DNA from: an uncultured Acidimicrobium sp.
GTDB taxonomy: Bacteria > Actinomycetota > Acidimicrobiia > Acidimicrobiales > Ilumatobacteraceae
Length of the DNA stretch: 64,000 nt
Direction of reading: 5' to 3'
Assembly: GCA_964633985.1 (NCBI GenBank)
Contig: CAZWKD010000002.1
Span: forward strand, 15,375-79,374
Within the stretch, counting starts at the first letter, position 1. Each line of letters starts with the position of its first letter. Under the pieces are notes generated by a model that saw only the letters and a list, made by a program, of their open reading frames with translations, searched no databases and was not told the DNA's origin. The position numbers and the translations under genes are program-made. Positions 29,278 through 38,346 of this stretch are shown in pieces.

Positions 29278-30002
29278 GAGCGCTTCTTCACCTTCGGGTG
29301 GGCCACCGGCACCGAACGCTTTTCCTCGAGCAATTGCACGATTCGTGCGTAGATGTGTGCTCCCACGAGCTCGACAAGTTCGTCCTTGAGAGTTTCATAC
29401 ACGGGTCGCTTCCCAACGAACGCCTTGGCATCGTCAGTACACCACCAATGAAAGTCGTGCCCGCCCTCGCCCCAATCACGGCGTTTCCACTCACGAACGA
29501 AGGAGACGACGTGACCGTCGTCCTCCGTGTATTCCTCTAGTCGCAGTGGTACCTGCCAGCACACGTCCGGCTTCCAGTCCATGGGACGTTCTCCTGCCTC
29601 GAGGGCCGCGATGTGAAATGCGCAACCCATTCCACCTTCGAACCCTGGCTCATTGTGGAAGATGCATGCGCCGTTTACACGGGCCGTCACGTCGGCGCCG
29701 TCACGCTCTTTGCGCAGCCATTTGCCGTTCTTTCCCTTTTCATGATGTTGCCAGTGACGAGGCTCCAAACGTTTGACGCTCTTCTTGACCGTCGCCAAGT
29801 CTTTCTTGTCGATGAAATGTGCCCCGTAACTGCAGCAGCCTTGTTGCAACTTGGTGGCATCGTCATCTAGGACGCCCTTGCAACCACGACCATAGATGCA
29901 CTCATAGTTGGAACGAAGGAACGTGGCGTCGACCATCCAGGTCTGATCCTTGTCGGGATCACTGAAACTGAGCCATTCGTGGAGATCGGAGACTTTGGGC
30001 AT
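29274..30002 (-). CDS. Conserved Cys/His/Trp-rich hypothetical protein (possible metal/Fe-S cluster binding)
   Basis: 242 aa: YECIYGRGCKGV...QQGCCSYGAHF...NGACIFHNEPGFEGGMGCAFHIAA...RPMDWKPDVCWQVPLR...HWWCTDD. Coding-like composition. Confidence 0.6.
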   Translation of the reverse strand: MPKVSDLHEWLSFSDPDKDQTWMVDATFLRSNYECIYGRGCKGVLDDDATKLQQGCCSYGAHFIDKKDLATVKKSVKRLEPRHWQHHEKGKNGKWLRKERDGADVTARVNGACIFHNEPGFEGGMGCAFHIAALEAGERPMDWKPDVCWQVPLRLEEYTEDDGHVVSFVREWKRRDWGEGGHDFHWWCTDDAKAFVGKRPVYETLKDELVELVGAHIYARIVQLLEEKRSVPVAHPKVKKRS

Positions 30003-30063
30003 GGCGGTTCACACTAGTTGTCGAGATACTCGAAACACGACCACGCGATGGAATACTGAGAGG

Positions 30064-30276
30064 GTGAGTGAACACCCGACCAGCGACTTGAACGACATCA
30101 CGGAGCGATTGCGGACGATATCCGAGGAATTGGCGGATCGCGCGCTGTACGAACTAAAGGAAGCACATCGTTCTGGCGCTACGAAGCGTCCAGAATCCGA
30201 GAAGTCACTCAGCCAAGCGCGGCGAGCGGTGGAGAAGGCGATCGCGATACTCAGCCGTGCTGATTCAGGTGATTGA
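30064..30276 (+). CDS. Small helical hypothetical protein (weak call)
   Basis: GTG 30064 within track ORF 29950..30276: VSEHPTSDLNDITERLRTISEELADRALYELKEAHRSG... The 3' end overlaps the convergent LOG gene by 26 nt. Confidence 0.3.
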   Translation: MSEHPTSDLNDITERLRTISEELADRALYELKEAHRSGATKRPESEKSLSQARRAVEKAIAILSRADSGD

Positions 30277-31276
30277 TCAGCATACGGAGATGCCCGTAAT
30301 GGCGACGAGCGAACCGGAATGAAATCCGATGAGCATCGAGGTCATCGGCGTCCTTGATCTCTTCCTGTCTGGCCTCAGCTCGCTCGAATGAACCATCGAC
30401 ACACAGCAACGAAAACTCGTCGTTGAGCGAAGCAAGGAGATCATCACTGACAGGCCGATTCACGCGCAGCACCAAGGATTCTCCGAAGAAGCGCATGGAT
30501 CGATAGTTGGAATAGAAACTCTCGACCCGTCGCCATGCCTCCTCGGGGGAATGGCAGACTTCGAACAGCGCTAGATCGTCCTGTGAAATGAGACCGCGTG
30601 GCAGGAGCTGTTGATCGATCAGTTGTTCCACTGTCTCCCAAAACGGATCATCCTCGAGATCCATCAATAGGAGAGGCACCGGCAGACCCTTGCCAGTTTG
30701 GATCAACGTGAGTAACTCGAACATTTCATCCAGAGTGCCGAATCCGCCCGGCATACAGATGAACGCGTGCGATTCCTTCACGAGCATCAACTTGCGCGTG
30801 AAGAAATAGCGCATCGACACGAATTTCGTGTCACCCTGAATGACTTCATTGGCTGAGGTCTCGAACGGCAAACGAATGGAGACCCCGATGGAGTTCTCGC
30901 GTCCGGCTCCCACCATTCCGGCTTCCATGATCCCGGGACCGGCACCTGTCACGACCATCCACCCGCGATCAGCGAATTGGCGGGAAATCAGCGCAGTCCG
31001 ATCGAACAAGGGGTCGCCCTTGCTAGTGCGGGCCGATCCAAAGATAGTCACCTTCTTGCGTTGACGAAATGGCGCCATCATCTGAAACGCCTGATGCATC
31101 TCGCGCAACGCTGAAGCGGCGATCTTTGCATCCAGGGTCGACACGTTGCTCCGCGAGATGTCGAGTGCGGACTTGATCAACTGGGCGACGTACCCATGCT
31201 CGGTATCGCCACCGAATTCGCGGATCAACCGCTCGATTTCGACGTTCAAGGAACGAGGATCGACGATGTCGCTCAT
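30251..31276 (-). CDS. LOG-family (TIGR00730-type) nucleotide 5'-monophosphate nucleosidase / cytokinin riboside-5'-monophosphate phosphoribohydrolase-like, long form
   Basis: 341 aa. Core motifs VVTGAGPGIMEAG and MPGGFGTLDEMFE, plus an N-terminal extension of about 70 aa and a C-terminal extension of about 90 aa. ATG 31276 overlaps the tal stop (ATGA). Confidence 0.8.
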   Translation of the reverse strand: MSDIVDPRSLNVEIERLIREFGGDTEHGYVAQLIKSALDISRSNVSTLDAKIAASALREMHQAFQMMAPFRQRKKVTIFGSARTSKGDPLFDRTALISRQFADRGWMVVTGAGPGIMEAGMVGAGRENSIGVSIRLPFETSANEVIQGDTKFVSMRYFFTRKLMLVKESHAFICMPGGFGTLDEMFELLTLIQTGKGLPVPLLLMDLEDDPFWETVEQLIDQQLLPRGLISQDDLALFEVCHSPEEAWRRVESFYSNYRSMRFFGESLVLRVNRPVSDDLLASLNDEFSLLCVDGSFERAEARQEEIKDADDLDAHRISFRFARRHYGHLRMLINHLNQHG

Positions 31277-32358
31277 GTCGTCTTGCTGCGCAAAGCCTCG
31301 ATCAATTGGTCGAAGCTCTGCGCAAAGGACGAGATTCCATCACGCTCCAGTGTGTCCGCAACCTCATTCATGTCGATCCCCAATTTCTTGAGGTCATCGA
31401 GGAAGCGCTCGCTCACGTCTGCTTGGCGATCGATCGTTCTTTCGACGACGCCATGATGCTCGTAAGCGAGCAAGGTCGGTTCGGGCAATGTATTGACGCT
31501 TCCCGGACCAATCAGCGAATCGACATAGAGCAGGTCTGGATAAGCGGGGTTCTTCGTCGATGTGCTTGCCCACAAAGGTCGCTGACGATGCGCGCCTCGC
31601 TTCTCCAGTTCGACCCACTCGGAACGCGCAAAAAATCGATCTTGTATCCGATAGGCGGCACGTGCCTGATGGACGGCAGCCTGACCACCGATCTCCGAAC
31701 GCCCCAGTGCTTCCAAACGTGGATCGATGGCGCTGTCCACGCGCGAGACGAAGAAACTGGCGACACTGCGAACTTGTGTGACTCGTGCCGGATTGCGCGC
31801 GGCGCACATGCGAATGCCATCCAAAAAAGCCTCGAGAACCTGTTGGTAACGCTGCAGTCCGAAGATCAGCGTCACATTGACGGAGATTCCATTGGCGAGG
31901 ATCGCCGTGATGGCGCTCAAGCAATCTTTCGTAGCCGGCACCTTGATCATCAAATTCGGAAGATCGATTCGTTGTGCAAGTTCGAGTGCCATACGAACCG
32001 TCGCGTCCGAGTCGTGAGCAAGATGCGGATCTACCTCCAGGCTGACGAATCCGTCTTCGCCATGCGATTCACGATGGAGAGGGGAAAGCAGTCGACAAGC
32101 CTCGACGACGTCGGCAACCACGAGGTCCCAGTACGTCTCGACGGTGGTCATGCCGCGCGATCTACACGTTTCGATCTGATCGTCGTATGCCGAGCTCGAA
32201 GAAATGGCCTTCTGAAAGATCGTCGGATTCGACGTGATCCCGCGCACACCGCGGTGAACGAGGTCAGCAATGTGGCCGTTTTGCAGTTCGTCCCGACGAA
32301 GATTGTCGAGCCATGGGCTTTGGCCCTGCAGGCGATAGAGATCGTGGAGCAGCGTCAC
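31273..32358 (-). CDS. tal: Transaldolase
   Basis: GQSPWLDNLRRD, GVRGITSNPTIFQKAI and MIKVPAT. GTG 32358 overlaps the tkt stop (GTGA). The track ORF extends to 32493 inside tkt. Confidence 0.9.
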   Translation of the reverse strand: MTLLHDLYRLQGQSPWLDNLRRDELQNGHIADLVHRGVRGITSNPTIFQKAISSSSAYDDQIETCRSRGMTTVETYWDLVVADVVEACRLLSPLHRESHGEDGFVSLEVDPHLAHDSDATVRMALELAQRIDLPNLMIKVPATKDCLSAITAILANGISVNVTLIFGLQRYQQVLEAFLDGIRMCAARNPARVTQVRSVASFFVSRVDSAIDPRLEALGRSEIGGQAAVHQARAAYRIQDRFFARSEWVELEKRGAHRQRPLWASTSTKNPAYPDLLYVDSLIGPGSVNTLPEPTLLAYEHHGVVERTIDRQADVSERFLDDLKKLGIDMNEVADTLERDGISSFAQSFDQLIEALRSKTT

Positions 32359-34295
32359 GTCGATTCGATCAGCCTCATGGCCTCGTTGACGACATGCTCG
32401 ACGTTGATGCCCAAAGCCTCCAGCACTGCGGCTCCGGGTGCACTGGCGCCGAATCGATCGATACCGATCGGCACGTCGGCGTAACGCTCCCACCCAAACG
32501 TCGCAGCAGCCTCGACAGACAGCGCGGGCAGATCGCCAAGCGTCGCCGTGCGATGCGGCTCACCGGATTCAGCGAACATGTCCCAGGAGGGCATGGACAC
32601 CACTCGGCTACCTATCCCACGTGAGTCCAACTCCTCTGCGGCGCGGAGGACGACCGACACTTCGCTACCCGTACCAATCAGGGTGACGCGCGGTCGCGAG
32701 GATTCACGGATGACTTTTGCACCGTGTTTGACCGCCGAGCCGTCAGTCACGTTCGGCACGGTTTGACGGGAGAGGATCAGTGCGGTCGGACCATCGTGAG
32801 TGAGCGCAGCGACCCATGCCTCGGCAGTTTCCCGAGAGTCAGCGGGCCGTATGACACGGAGTCCAGGAATGGAGCGCAACGAAGCGAGTTGTTCGATTGG
32901 TTGATGGGTGGGTCCATCTTCACCCACTCCAACGGAATCGTGGCTGAAGACGAAGACTGCCCGAGCCCTCGACAGAGCTGCCAAGCGAATTGCGGGTTTC
33001 ATGTAGTCGGCAAACACGAAGAACGTTCCGCCCATCGGAGTAAGCACTCCGTGGAGGGCAATTCCCACCATGACTGCACCCATCGCGTGTTCTCGAATGC
33101 CGTAGTACACCTGACGACCTTCGGACGTGTTCGCGCTGAACGGAGTGAATCCGGGGATCTTGACACCAGTGTTTCCCGTGAGATCGGCAGAACCCGCGAC
33201 GAGTCCTGGGACGAGTTCCAAGGTGGCCCCGACGGCGAGGGTGATGCTCTGCCGAGTTGCCAGGTCCTTGTCATGAGGAAGCGACTCAAGGGCCTTACGC
33301 AGGTCATCAGCCGACACAGCGGCGAGCATTCTCGCCACTTCAGCATTTGGCTGTTCGTCCATCTTGCTCCGTGCCGCTTCGCCGCGTTCGAGCGCGTGCT
33401 GCCTGACAGCCGACACGACTTCGTGGGGCGCCCAGAACGACTCGTCGGGGATGCCGAGCACCTCCTTGGTTCGCCTGGTGGCATCTGCATCGAACGGATT
33501 GCCGTGGGCTTCATGCCGATCGGTGAAGTCGGGCGAGGGGTACCCGATGTGAGTGCGGAGCCGAATCAGCGTTGGCTGCCCGCGATGTTCACGCCCCGCC
33601 TGCAGCACTCGCTCGAGCGCCTCGAGGTCTTCTCCGATGTCTCCAGCATCGATGACGTTCCAGCCGTACGCCCTGAATCGCTGGCTCACATCGTCACTGC
33701 AAGCCAGGCCAGTCGAACCATCGATCGTGATCCCGTTGTCGTCGAAGATGCAAACCAATCGATCGAGCCTCAAGTGTCCGGCCAACGATGCCGCTTCATG
33801 GCTGATTCCCTCCATCAAGCATCCATCGCCCGCAATCACCCAGGTGTGGTGGTCGAACTGCTTCTCTCCAAACCGAGCACGCAGGTGCGCCTCGGCGATG
33901 GCCATTCCCACGGCGTTTGCGAAACCTTGCCCGAGCGGGCCTGTCGTGACTTCTACGCCTCGCGTGTGTCCATTCTCCGGGTGACCAGGAGTTGCCGAAC
34001 CCATCTGACGAAAGGCCCGCAAGTCGTCGAGTTCAAGCCCGTAACCGTTGAGGAAGAGCAACGAATACTGGAGGATCGAAGCGTGGCCGTTCGACAGGAT
34101 GAACCGATCCCTGTTCAACCATGTCGGCTGCGAGGGATCATGGCGGAGAACCCGCGAATACAGCACGTGGGCCAGAGGAGCAAGGGCGAGGGCGGTTCCT
34201 TGGTGTCCACTCTTGGCAGCCAATGGGGCATCCATTGCGAGGCCACGAATGATCTTGATGGCATCAGCGTCGATCGAGGAGGTCAAACGAGCCAT
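32355..34295 (-). CDS. tkt: Transketolase
   Basis: SGHQGTALALAPLAHVLY, GHPE, VIAGDGCLMEGISHEA, HDSVGVGEDGPTHQPIE. Likely start is ATG 34295 (MARLTSSIDADAIK); the track ORF runs to 34358. Confidence 0.95.
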   Translation of the reverse strand: MARLTSSIDADAIKIIRGLAMDAPLAAKSGHQGTALALAPLAHVLYSRVLRHDPSQPTWLNRDRFILSNGHASILQYSLLFLNGYGLELDDLRAFRQMGSATPGHPENGHTRGVEVTTGPLGQGFANAVGMAIAEAHLRARFGEKQFDHHTWVIAGDGCLMEGISHEAASLAGHLRLDRLVCIFDDNGITIDGSTGLACSDDVSQRFRAYGWNVIDAGDIGEDLEALERVLQAGREHRGQPTLIRLRTHIGYPSPDFTDRHEAHGNPFDADATRRTKEVLGIPDESFWAPHEVVSAVRQHALERGEAARSKMDEQPNAEVARMLAAVSADDLRKALESLPHDKDLATRQSITLAVGATLELVPGLVAGSADLTGNTGVKIPGFTPFSANTSEGRQVYYGIREHAMGAVMVGIALHGVLTPMGGTFFVFADYMKPAIRLAALSRARAVFVFSHDSVGVGEDGPTHQPIEQLASLRSIPGLRVIRPADSRETAEAWVAALTHDGPTALILSRQTVPNVTDGSAVKHGAKVIRESSRPRVTLIGTGSEVSVVLRAAEELDSRGIGSRVVSMPSWDMFAESGEPHRTATLGDLPALSVEAAATFGWERYADVPIGIDRFGASAPGAAVLEALGINVEHVVNEAMRLIEST

Positions 34296-34312
34296 CTCTG
34301 CGACTGTAGTGC

Positions 34313-34714
34313 TCAGGCGGTTGCTGGCGGAAGGAGCGTGAATGGCACACGTATCCACGGGTCGCGGTTCACCCTGCAGTGGGCGACGACTTGGCGATAG
34401 CTCGTGAACTCCAGTTCACCACGAACGAGTCGGTAGGTGAGCTTGCCGGACTCCACCGTGAACGGCGAGACGTTGCGGGCCAACTCGGCTGAATCCTCGT
34501 CGAAACCCTCGCGGAACACCACTTCGAACACACCATTTCCTGGTTCATCGGGACGGCAGTGGATGAGCGCCAAGAGGTGCGGTTCGACGCGGACGGGAAC
34601 GGGAGAGGGTGCGGCGAGCGAGAAGTGAACGCCGGTGATGTCGATCCGCGTTGCCCCTCCTGCCGCACTCTTGGGTTCGAACGTGTCAATGAAGAATGCG
34701 CTGAGGACCTGCAC
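34313..34714 (-). CDS. Hypothetical 133-aa protein at the head of the tkt-tal-LOG operon
   Basis: GTG start. Balanced composition and GC3-biased codons in my own codon-by-codon reading: (M)QVLSAFFIDTFEPKSAAGGATRIDITGVHFSLAAP...KLTYRLVRGELEFTSYRQVVAHCRVNRDPWIRVPFTLLP. I recognise no motif. Confidence 0.5.
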   Translation of the reverse strand: MQVLSAFFIDTFEPKSAAGGATRIDITGVHFSLAAPSPVPVRVEPHLLALIHCRPDEPGNGVFEVVFREGFDEDSAELARNVSPFTVESGKLTYRLVRGELEFTSYRQVVAHCRVNRDPWIRVPFTLLPPATA

Positions 34715-34744
34715 GGGCGCAGGCTACATCTACTATTTGAGGTC

Positions 34745-36886
34745 GTGCCCGTCACGTTGTCGGAGTCCGAATCGAAAGCGATCCTCCGCGTCCACGGATT
34801 CCCCCTGTGTCGGGAGATCGAGGCTCGCTCGTGGGACGAGATCCTCTCCGGTGCCGAGGAAATCGGCTTCCCGGTAGTACTCAAGGCCAACGCGCCCGAG
34901 ATCAGTCACAAGTCAGAATTGGGTCTCGTCATCGTGGGAATCAACGATGCAGCCGCACTGCAAGATGCCCACCACACGCTGAACGACCGCTTGGCGGGCG
35001 CTTCAGCGACCTTCCTCGTCGCCGAGATGGTGAAAGGGGCGCGTGAGCTCATCGTGGGTCTCACTCGAGATGCACACTTCGGAGCATTCGCACTGGTGGG
35101 ATTGGGGGGAGTTGCCGCAGAGGTGCTCGAGGACGTCGTCTTGATTCCGCTTCCGACGACCCCAATCGAGATCACCCGTGCATTCGATCGTCTGCGCTCG
35201 CGTGCGCTCTTTGCAGATTTTCGTGGCCTCCGGGCCGTGGACATCGACGAGCTGTCACGAGCAGTGGTGTCACTCGGGATGATTGCAGCGGCTCGTCCCG
35301 ACATCTCATCGATCGACATCAACCCAATGATCGTGACCGCCGAAGGGCGATTGTCCGCCGTCGATGCATTGGTGGTCGTCGACGACGCTTCGACGACCGA
35401 CGACGAGTCGGCAAGGAGGATGGACAGAACCGAACTTCTATCGGCGATGTTCGACCCCCGAGCAGTGATCGTCATCGGTGCGTCCACCCATCCGGGAAAG
35501 TTCGGGTTCGTCTCGCTGCACAACATTCTCGTCAACGGCTATCGGGGCTCCGTTTACGGTCTGAATCAGTCCGGGGAAGGAGTGCTCGACGCGTCGATCG
35601 TGACGTCCTTGGAAGACATTCCGCAGGACCAGGTCGACCTTGCCTTCTTCTGTACTCCTGCCGCAGCGAACGAAGCACTACTTCGCCAGTGTGCAGCACG
35701 CGGAATCAAGGCGGCGTTCGTCGCGTCTGCGGGCTACCGCGAAGTCGGTGAAGAGGGAGCCGCTCGCGAGCGGGACCTTGCAGATCTAGCGAATGAACTT
35801 GGCATGGTGGTCGGTGGACCAAACGGGCAAGGTTTGGTCAGCACCCCTTCCAATCTGTGCGCTCAAATCGTTGCGCCGTACCCTCCATGTGGAGGCCTTT
35901 CGATTGCCTCGCAAAGTGGCAACTTCGTCTCTTCATTCCTCAACTTCGCAACCTGGGCGCAAGTTGGCATCGCCCGAGCAATTTCGGCGGGCAATTCTGC
36001 GCACTGCGATGTCGCGGACTATCTCAAGTTCTTTGCAGTCGACACCCACACCAAAGTGTCGTTGGCGTACGTCGAAAGTGTTAGCGACGGCGAAAGGTTC
36101 ATGGATGCCGTCGCTCAACACACCCGCGTCAAGCCGCTCGTATTGATCAAGGGTGGCCGCACCAGCGTGGGACTTCGAGCGGCATCAAGCCATACCGGCG
36201 CTCTCGCATCCGACTACGCCGCATTCGAGACGCGCGCCACGCAACAGGGCGCAATCGTGGTGGAGGAGCCGGAGTCGGCCTTCGACACGGCTGCGGCGTT
36301 CTCCTCTTTGCCGCTACCGAAAGGTCCACGCTTGGCCATTCTCACCACGGTGGGAGGCTGGGGAGTAGTGACGAGCGATGTCGTCGCACAATTGAGGCAT
36401 CTCCAACTGGCCACGATGAGCCCTGAATTGATCCGACGACTGGACGAGTTCATGCCTGTCCGCTGGAGTCGAATGAACCCGCTTGATTGTGCGGGTGGCG
36501 AGACCAGAGACACGGTGACGAGCGCAATCGAAACGCTGTGCGTGAGTGGCGAGATCGATGCAGTGCTTCTCCTAGGTCTCGGCATTCAGGGGAACCAAGC
36601 CCGCATGATGGCGCAGGGTCGCTATGCGAACGTTGGTGATCTCGCTCGAATCATCGCCTATCACGAGCGTCAAGAGATGCGTTACGTGGAGGCAGCATCT
36701 AGAGCGTCGGAACGGTTCGGCGTACCCGTAGCTCTGGCGACCGAATTGGCAGTAGCAGACGACAACAACGCGGCCATCCGTCACGCTCGGGAACTTTCGC
36801 AATATGTATTCCCAACGGGCCCACGGGCCGTCCTCGCCCTCGATCGACTGGCGCAGTACGGTTTTCATGGAATAGAGGTGCGTTGA
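34745..36886 (+). CDS. ADP-forming acyl/acetyl-CoA synthetase (NDP-forming acyl-CoA synthetase superfamily), ATP-grasp domain N-terminal
   Basis: GTG 34745 (VPVTLSESESKAILRVHGFP is an ATP-grasp start). Then the CoA-binding domain (PRAVIVIGASTHPGKFG), the ligase-CoA domain with phosphohistidine context AASSHTGALAS, and the C-terminal domain (PRLAILTTVGGWGV). Confidence 0.8.
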   Translation: MPVTLSESESKAILRVHGFPLCREIEARSWDEILSGAEEIGFPVVLKANAPEISHKSELGLVIVGINDAAALQDAHHTLNDRLAGASATFLVAEMVKGARELIVGLTRDAHFGAFALVGLGGVAAEVLEDVVLIPLPTTPIEITRAFDRLRSRALFADFRGLRAVDIDELSRAVVSLGMIAAARPDISSIDINPMIVTAEGRLSAVDALVVVDDASTTDDESARRMDRTELLSAMFDPRAVIVIGASTHPGKFGFVSLHNILVNGYRGSVYGLNQSGEGVLDASIVTSLEDIPQDQVDLAFFCTPAAANEALLRQCAARGIKAAFVASAGYREVGEEGAARERDLADLANELGMVVGGPNGQGLVSTPSNLCAQIVAPYPPCGGLSIASQSGNFVSSFLNFATWAQVGIARAISAGNSAHCDVADYLKFFAVDTHTKVSLAYVESVSDGERFMDAVAQHTRVKPLVLIKGGRTSVGLRAASSHTGALASDYAAFETRATQQGAIVVEEPESAFDTAAAFSSLPLPKGPRLAILTTVGGWGVVTSDVVAQLRHLQLATMSPELIRRLDEFMPVRWSRMNPLDCAGGETRDTVTSAIETLCVSGEIDAVLLLGLGIQGNQARMMAQGRYANVGDLARIIAYHERQEMRYVEAASRASERFGVPVALATELAVADDNNAAIRHARELSQYVFPTGPRAVLALDRLAQYGFHGIEVR

Positions 36887-38346
36887 AGACGACCCGTCAG
36901 AACTCAGAAAGTCGTGGCACTGCCCGACAGCGCGTCAAAGCGGGATCACCAAAGGCCGTTGCCTCGGTACTCGGCTCCGTGACTCTCGTCGGCGCAATCA
37001 TCCTCGGGGCTTCCTGGCTCTCGGTGCGCAGCGTTGCATTGAGTGTCGAACCAGTGGCCAACTCCGAACTCGACATTGCTGGCGATGCTCCGATCATCTC
37101 GGCGCGTCGTGTGCCCCTCCTGCTTTCGAACGAGGTCCGCTTCGACTCCTTCACACGTCGCCTCAACGCTCTTGCAGAGAAGATGCCCGCGTCGTCGTGT
37201 CTCGCAATCGACGTCGACGGACGACGAATTGCTTCCAAGGATTCGGCGATGATGCTGCTTCCCGCGAGCAACATGAAAATTCTCGTGGCCGCTGCGGCCT
37301 TGGAGACCCTTGGACCTGACTACAAATTTACGACGAGTTTGTACGGCGCTACGGAAGGCAATCGAATCGTTGGCAACTTGGTGGTAGTCGGCGGTGGGGA
37401 TCCCGGAATCACCTCTGCAGACCATCTCACGACCCAGCGCTTTCCATCGCGACACTTCACGCCCGCCGAGGATTTCGTCGTGGCACTGAAAGACGTCGGG
37501 ATCACGGAGATCACTGGCTCGGTCGTTGCCGTCGAGGATCGATACGACTTGGAACGTTTCGCACCAGAATTGGGTCTGGGGATTCGGGGCACCGAAGTGG
37601 GCCCTCTCGGCGCATTGATGATCAACGACGGTGCAGTTTCCGGAGATCCGCTCAAACCAGATCAACCGGCCCTCGCCGCTGCCCGTCAGATAACGAACAT
37701 GTTGGCGGCTGGAGGAATCACGATCGGCGGCGGTCCGACCGTATCGGCGACCGCACCCGATGGCGATCCGCTCGCCACGATCGAGTCACCACCGCTCGCG
37801 CAGGTCTTGATCGACTTGCTGGCCAACAGCGACAACAACACGGCCGAGTTGCTACTGAAAGAAGTTGGACTCGCCAAGAAGGGAGCGGGAACGCGCGAAG
37901 CCGGAATCTCCGTGGTTCGGGAACTGCTCGAACAATGGGGTTTTGATTCGACCCAACTGACGATGAAAGACGGCGCAGGTTTGGAACGGGGCAATCTCGT
38001 GTCCTGCGATCTACTCTCTGCGGTGTTGGTGAAGGTTGGCGCGTTCGGCGAAGTTGGTCAAGGTCTCGCACTAGCCGCACGAACGGGAACGCTGGTGGAT
38101 GTCTTCGATGGCACACCCGCAGCGGGGAAGTTGCTGGGTAAGACTGGAACGTTGTCGGGAGCCAAGGCACTGGCAGGATTCGTGCCGTATGGATCTACAG
38201 AAGCCACCAGTTTCGTGATGATCCTGAACGGCCCATCGGTTGCCAACCAGTCGTACTACCGGCCGCTGTGGTACGAACTGGGTGAAATCCTCACCGACTA
38301 CACCGGACGTCCCACGCCGCTCGAGATCGCTCCCTTCTTCGAATGA
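36883..38346 (+). CDS. dacB: D-alanyl-D-alanine carboxypeptidase/endopeptidase (PBP4/DacB, S13 family)
   Basis: Signal/TM N-terminus and LLPASNMKIL (SxxK). The TTG start overlaps the upstream stop (TTGA). Confidence 0.8.
   Translation: MKTTRQNSESRGTARQRVKAGSPKAVASVLGSVTLVGAIILGASWLSVRSVALSVEPVANSELDIAGDAPIISARRVPLLLSNEVRFDSFTRRLNALAEKMPASSCLAIDVDGRRIASKDSAMMLLPASNMKILVAAAALETLGPDYKFTTSLYGATEGNRIVGNLVVVGGGDPGITSADHLTTQRFPSRHFTPAEDFVVALKDVGITEITGSVVAVEDRYDLERFAPELGLGIRGTEVGPLGALMINDGAVSGDPLKPDQPALAAARQITNMLAAGGITIGGGPTVSATAPDGDPLATIESPPLAQVLIDLLANSDNNTAELLLKEVGLAKKGAGTREAGISVVRELLEQWGFDSTQLTMKDGAGLERGNLVSCDLLSAVLVKVGAFGEVGQGLALAARTGTLVDVFDGTPAAGKLLGKTGTLSGAKALAGFVPYGSTEATSFVMILNGPSVANQSYYRPLWYELGEILTDYTGRPTPLEIAPFFE

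Noticed and set aside
31306-34400. 392-aa and 558-aa plus-strand ORFs (31306..32484 and 32724..34400)
   Set aside because: They are antisense to tal and tkt, which have textbook motifs.
34369-34890. 173-aa minus-strand ORF overlapping the 133-aa ORF and the start of the acyl-CoA synthetase gene
   Set aside because: Its product is Ser/Arg/Pro-rich. It overlaps the ATP-grasp N-terminus on the other strand and the better-looking 34313..34714 frame.
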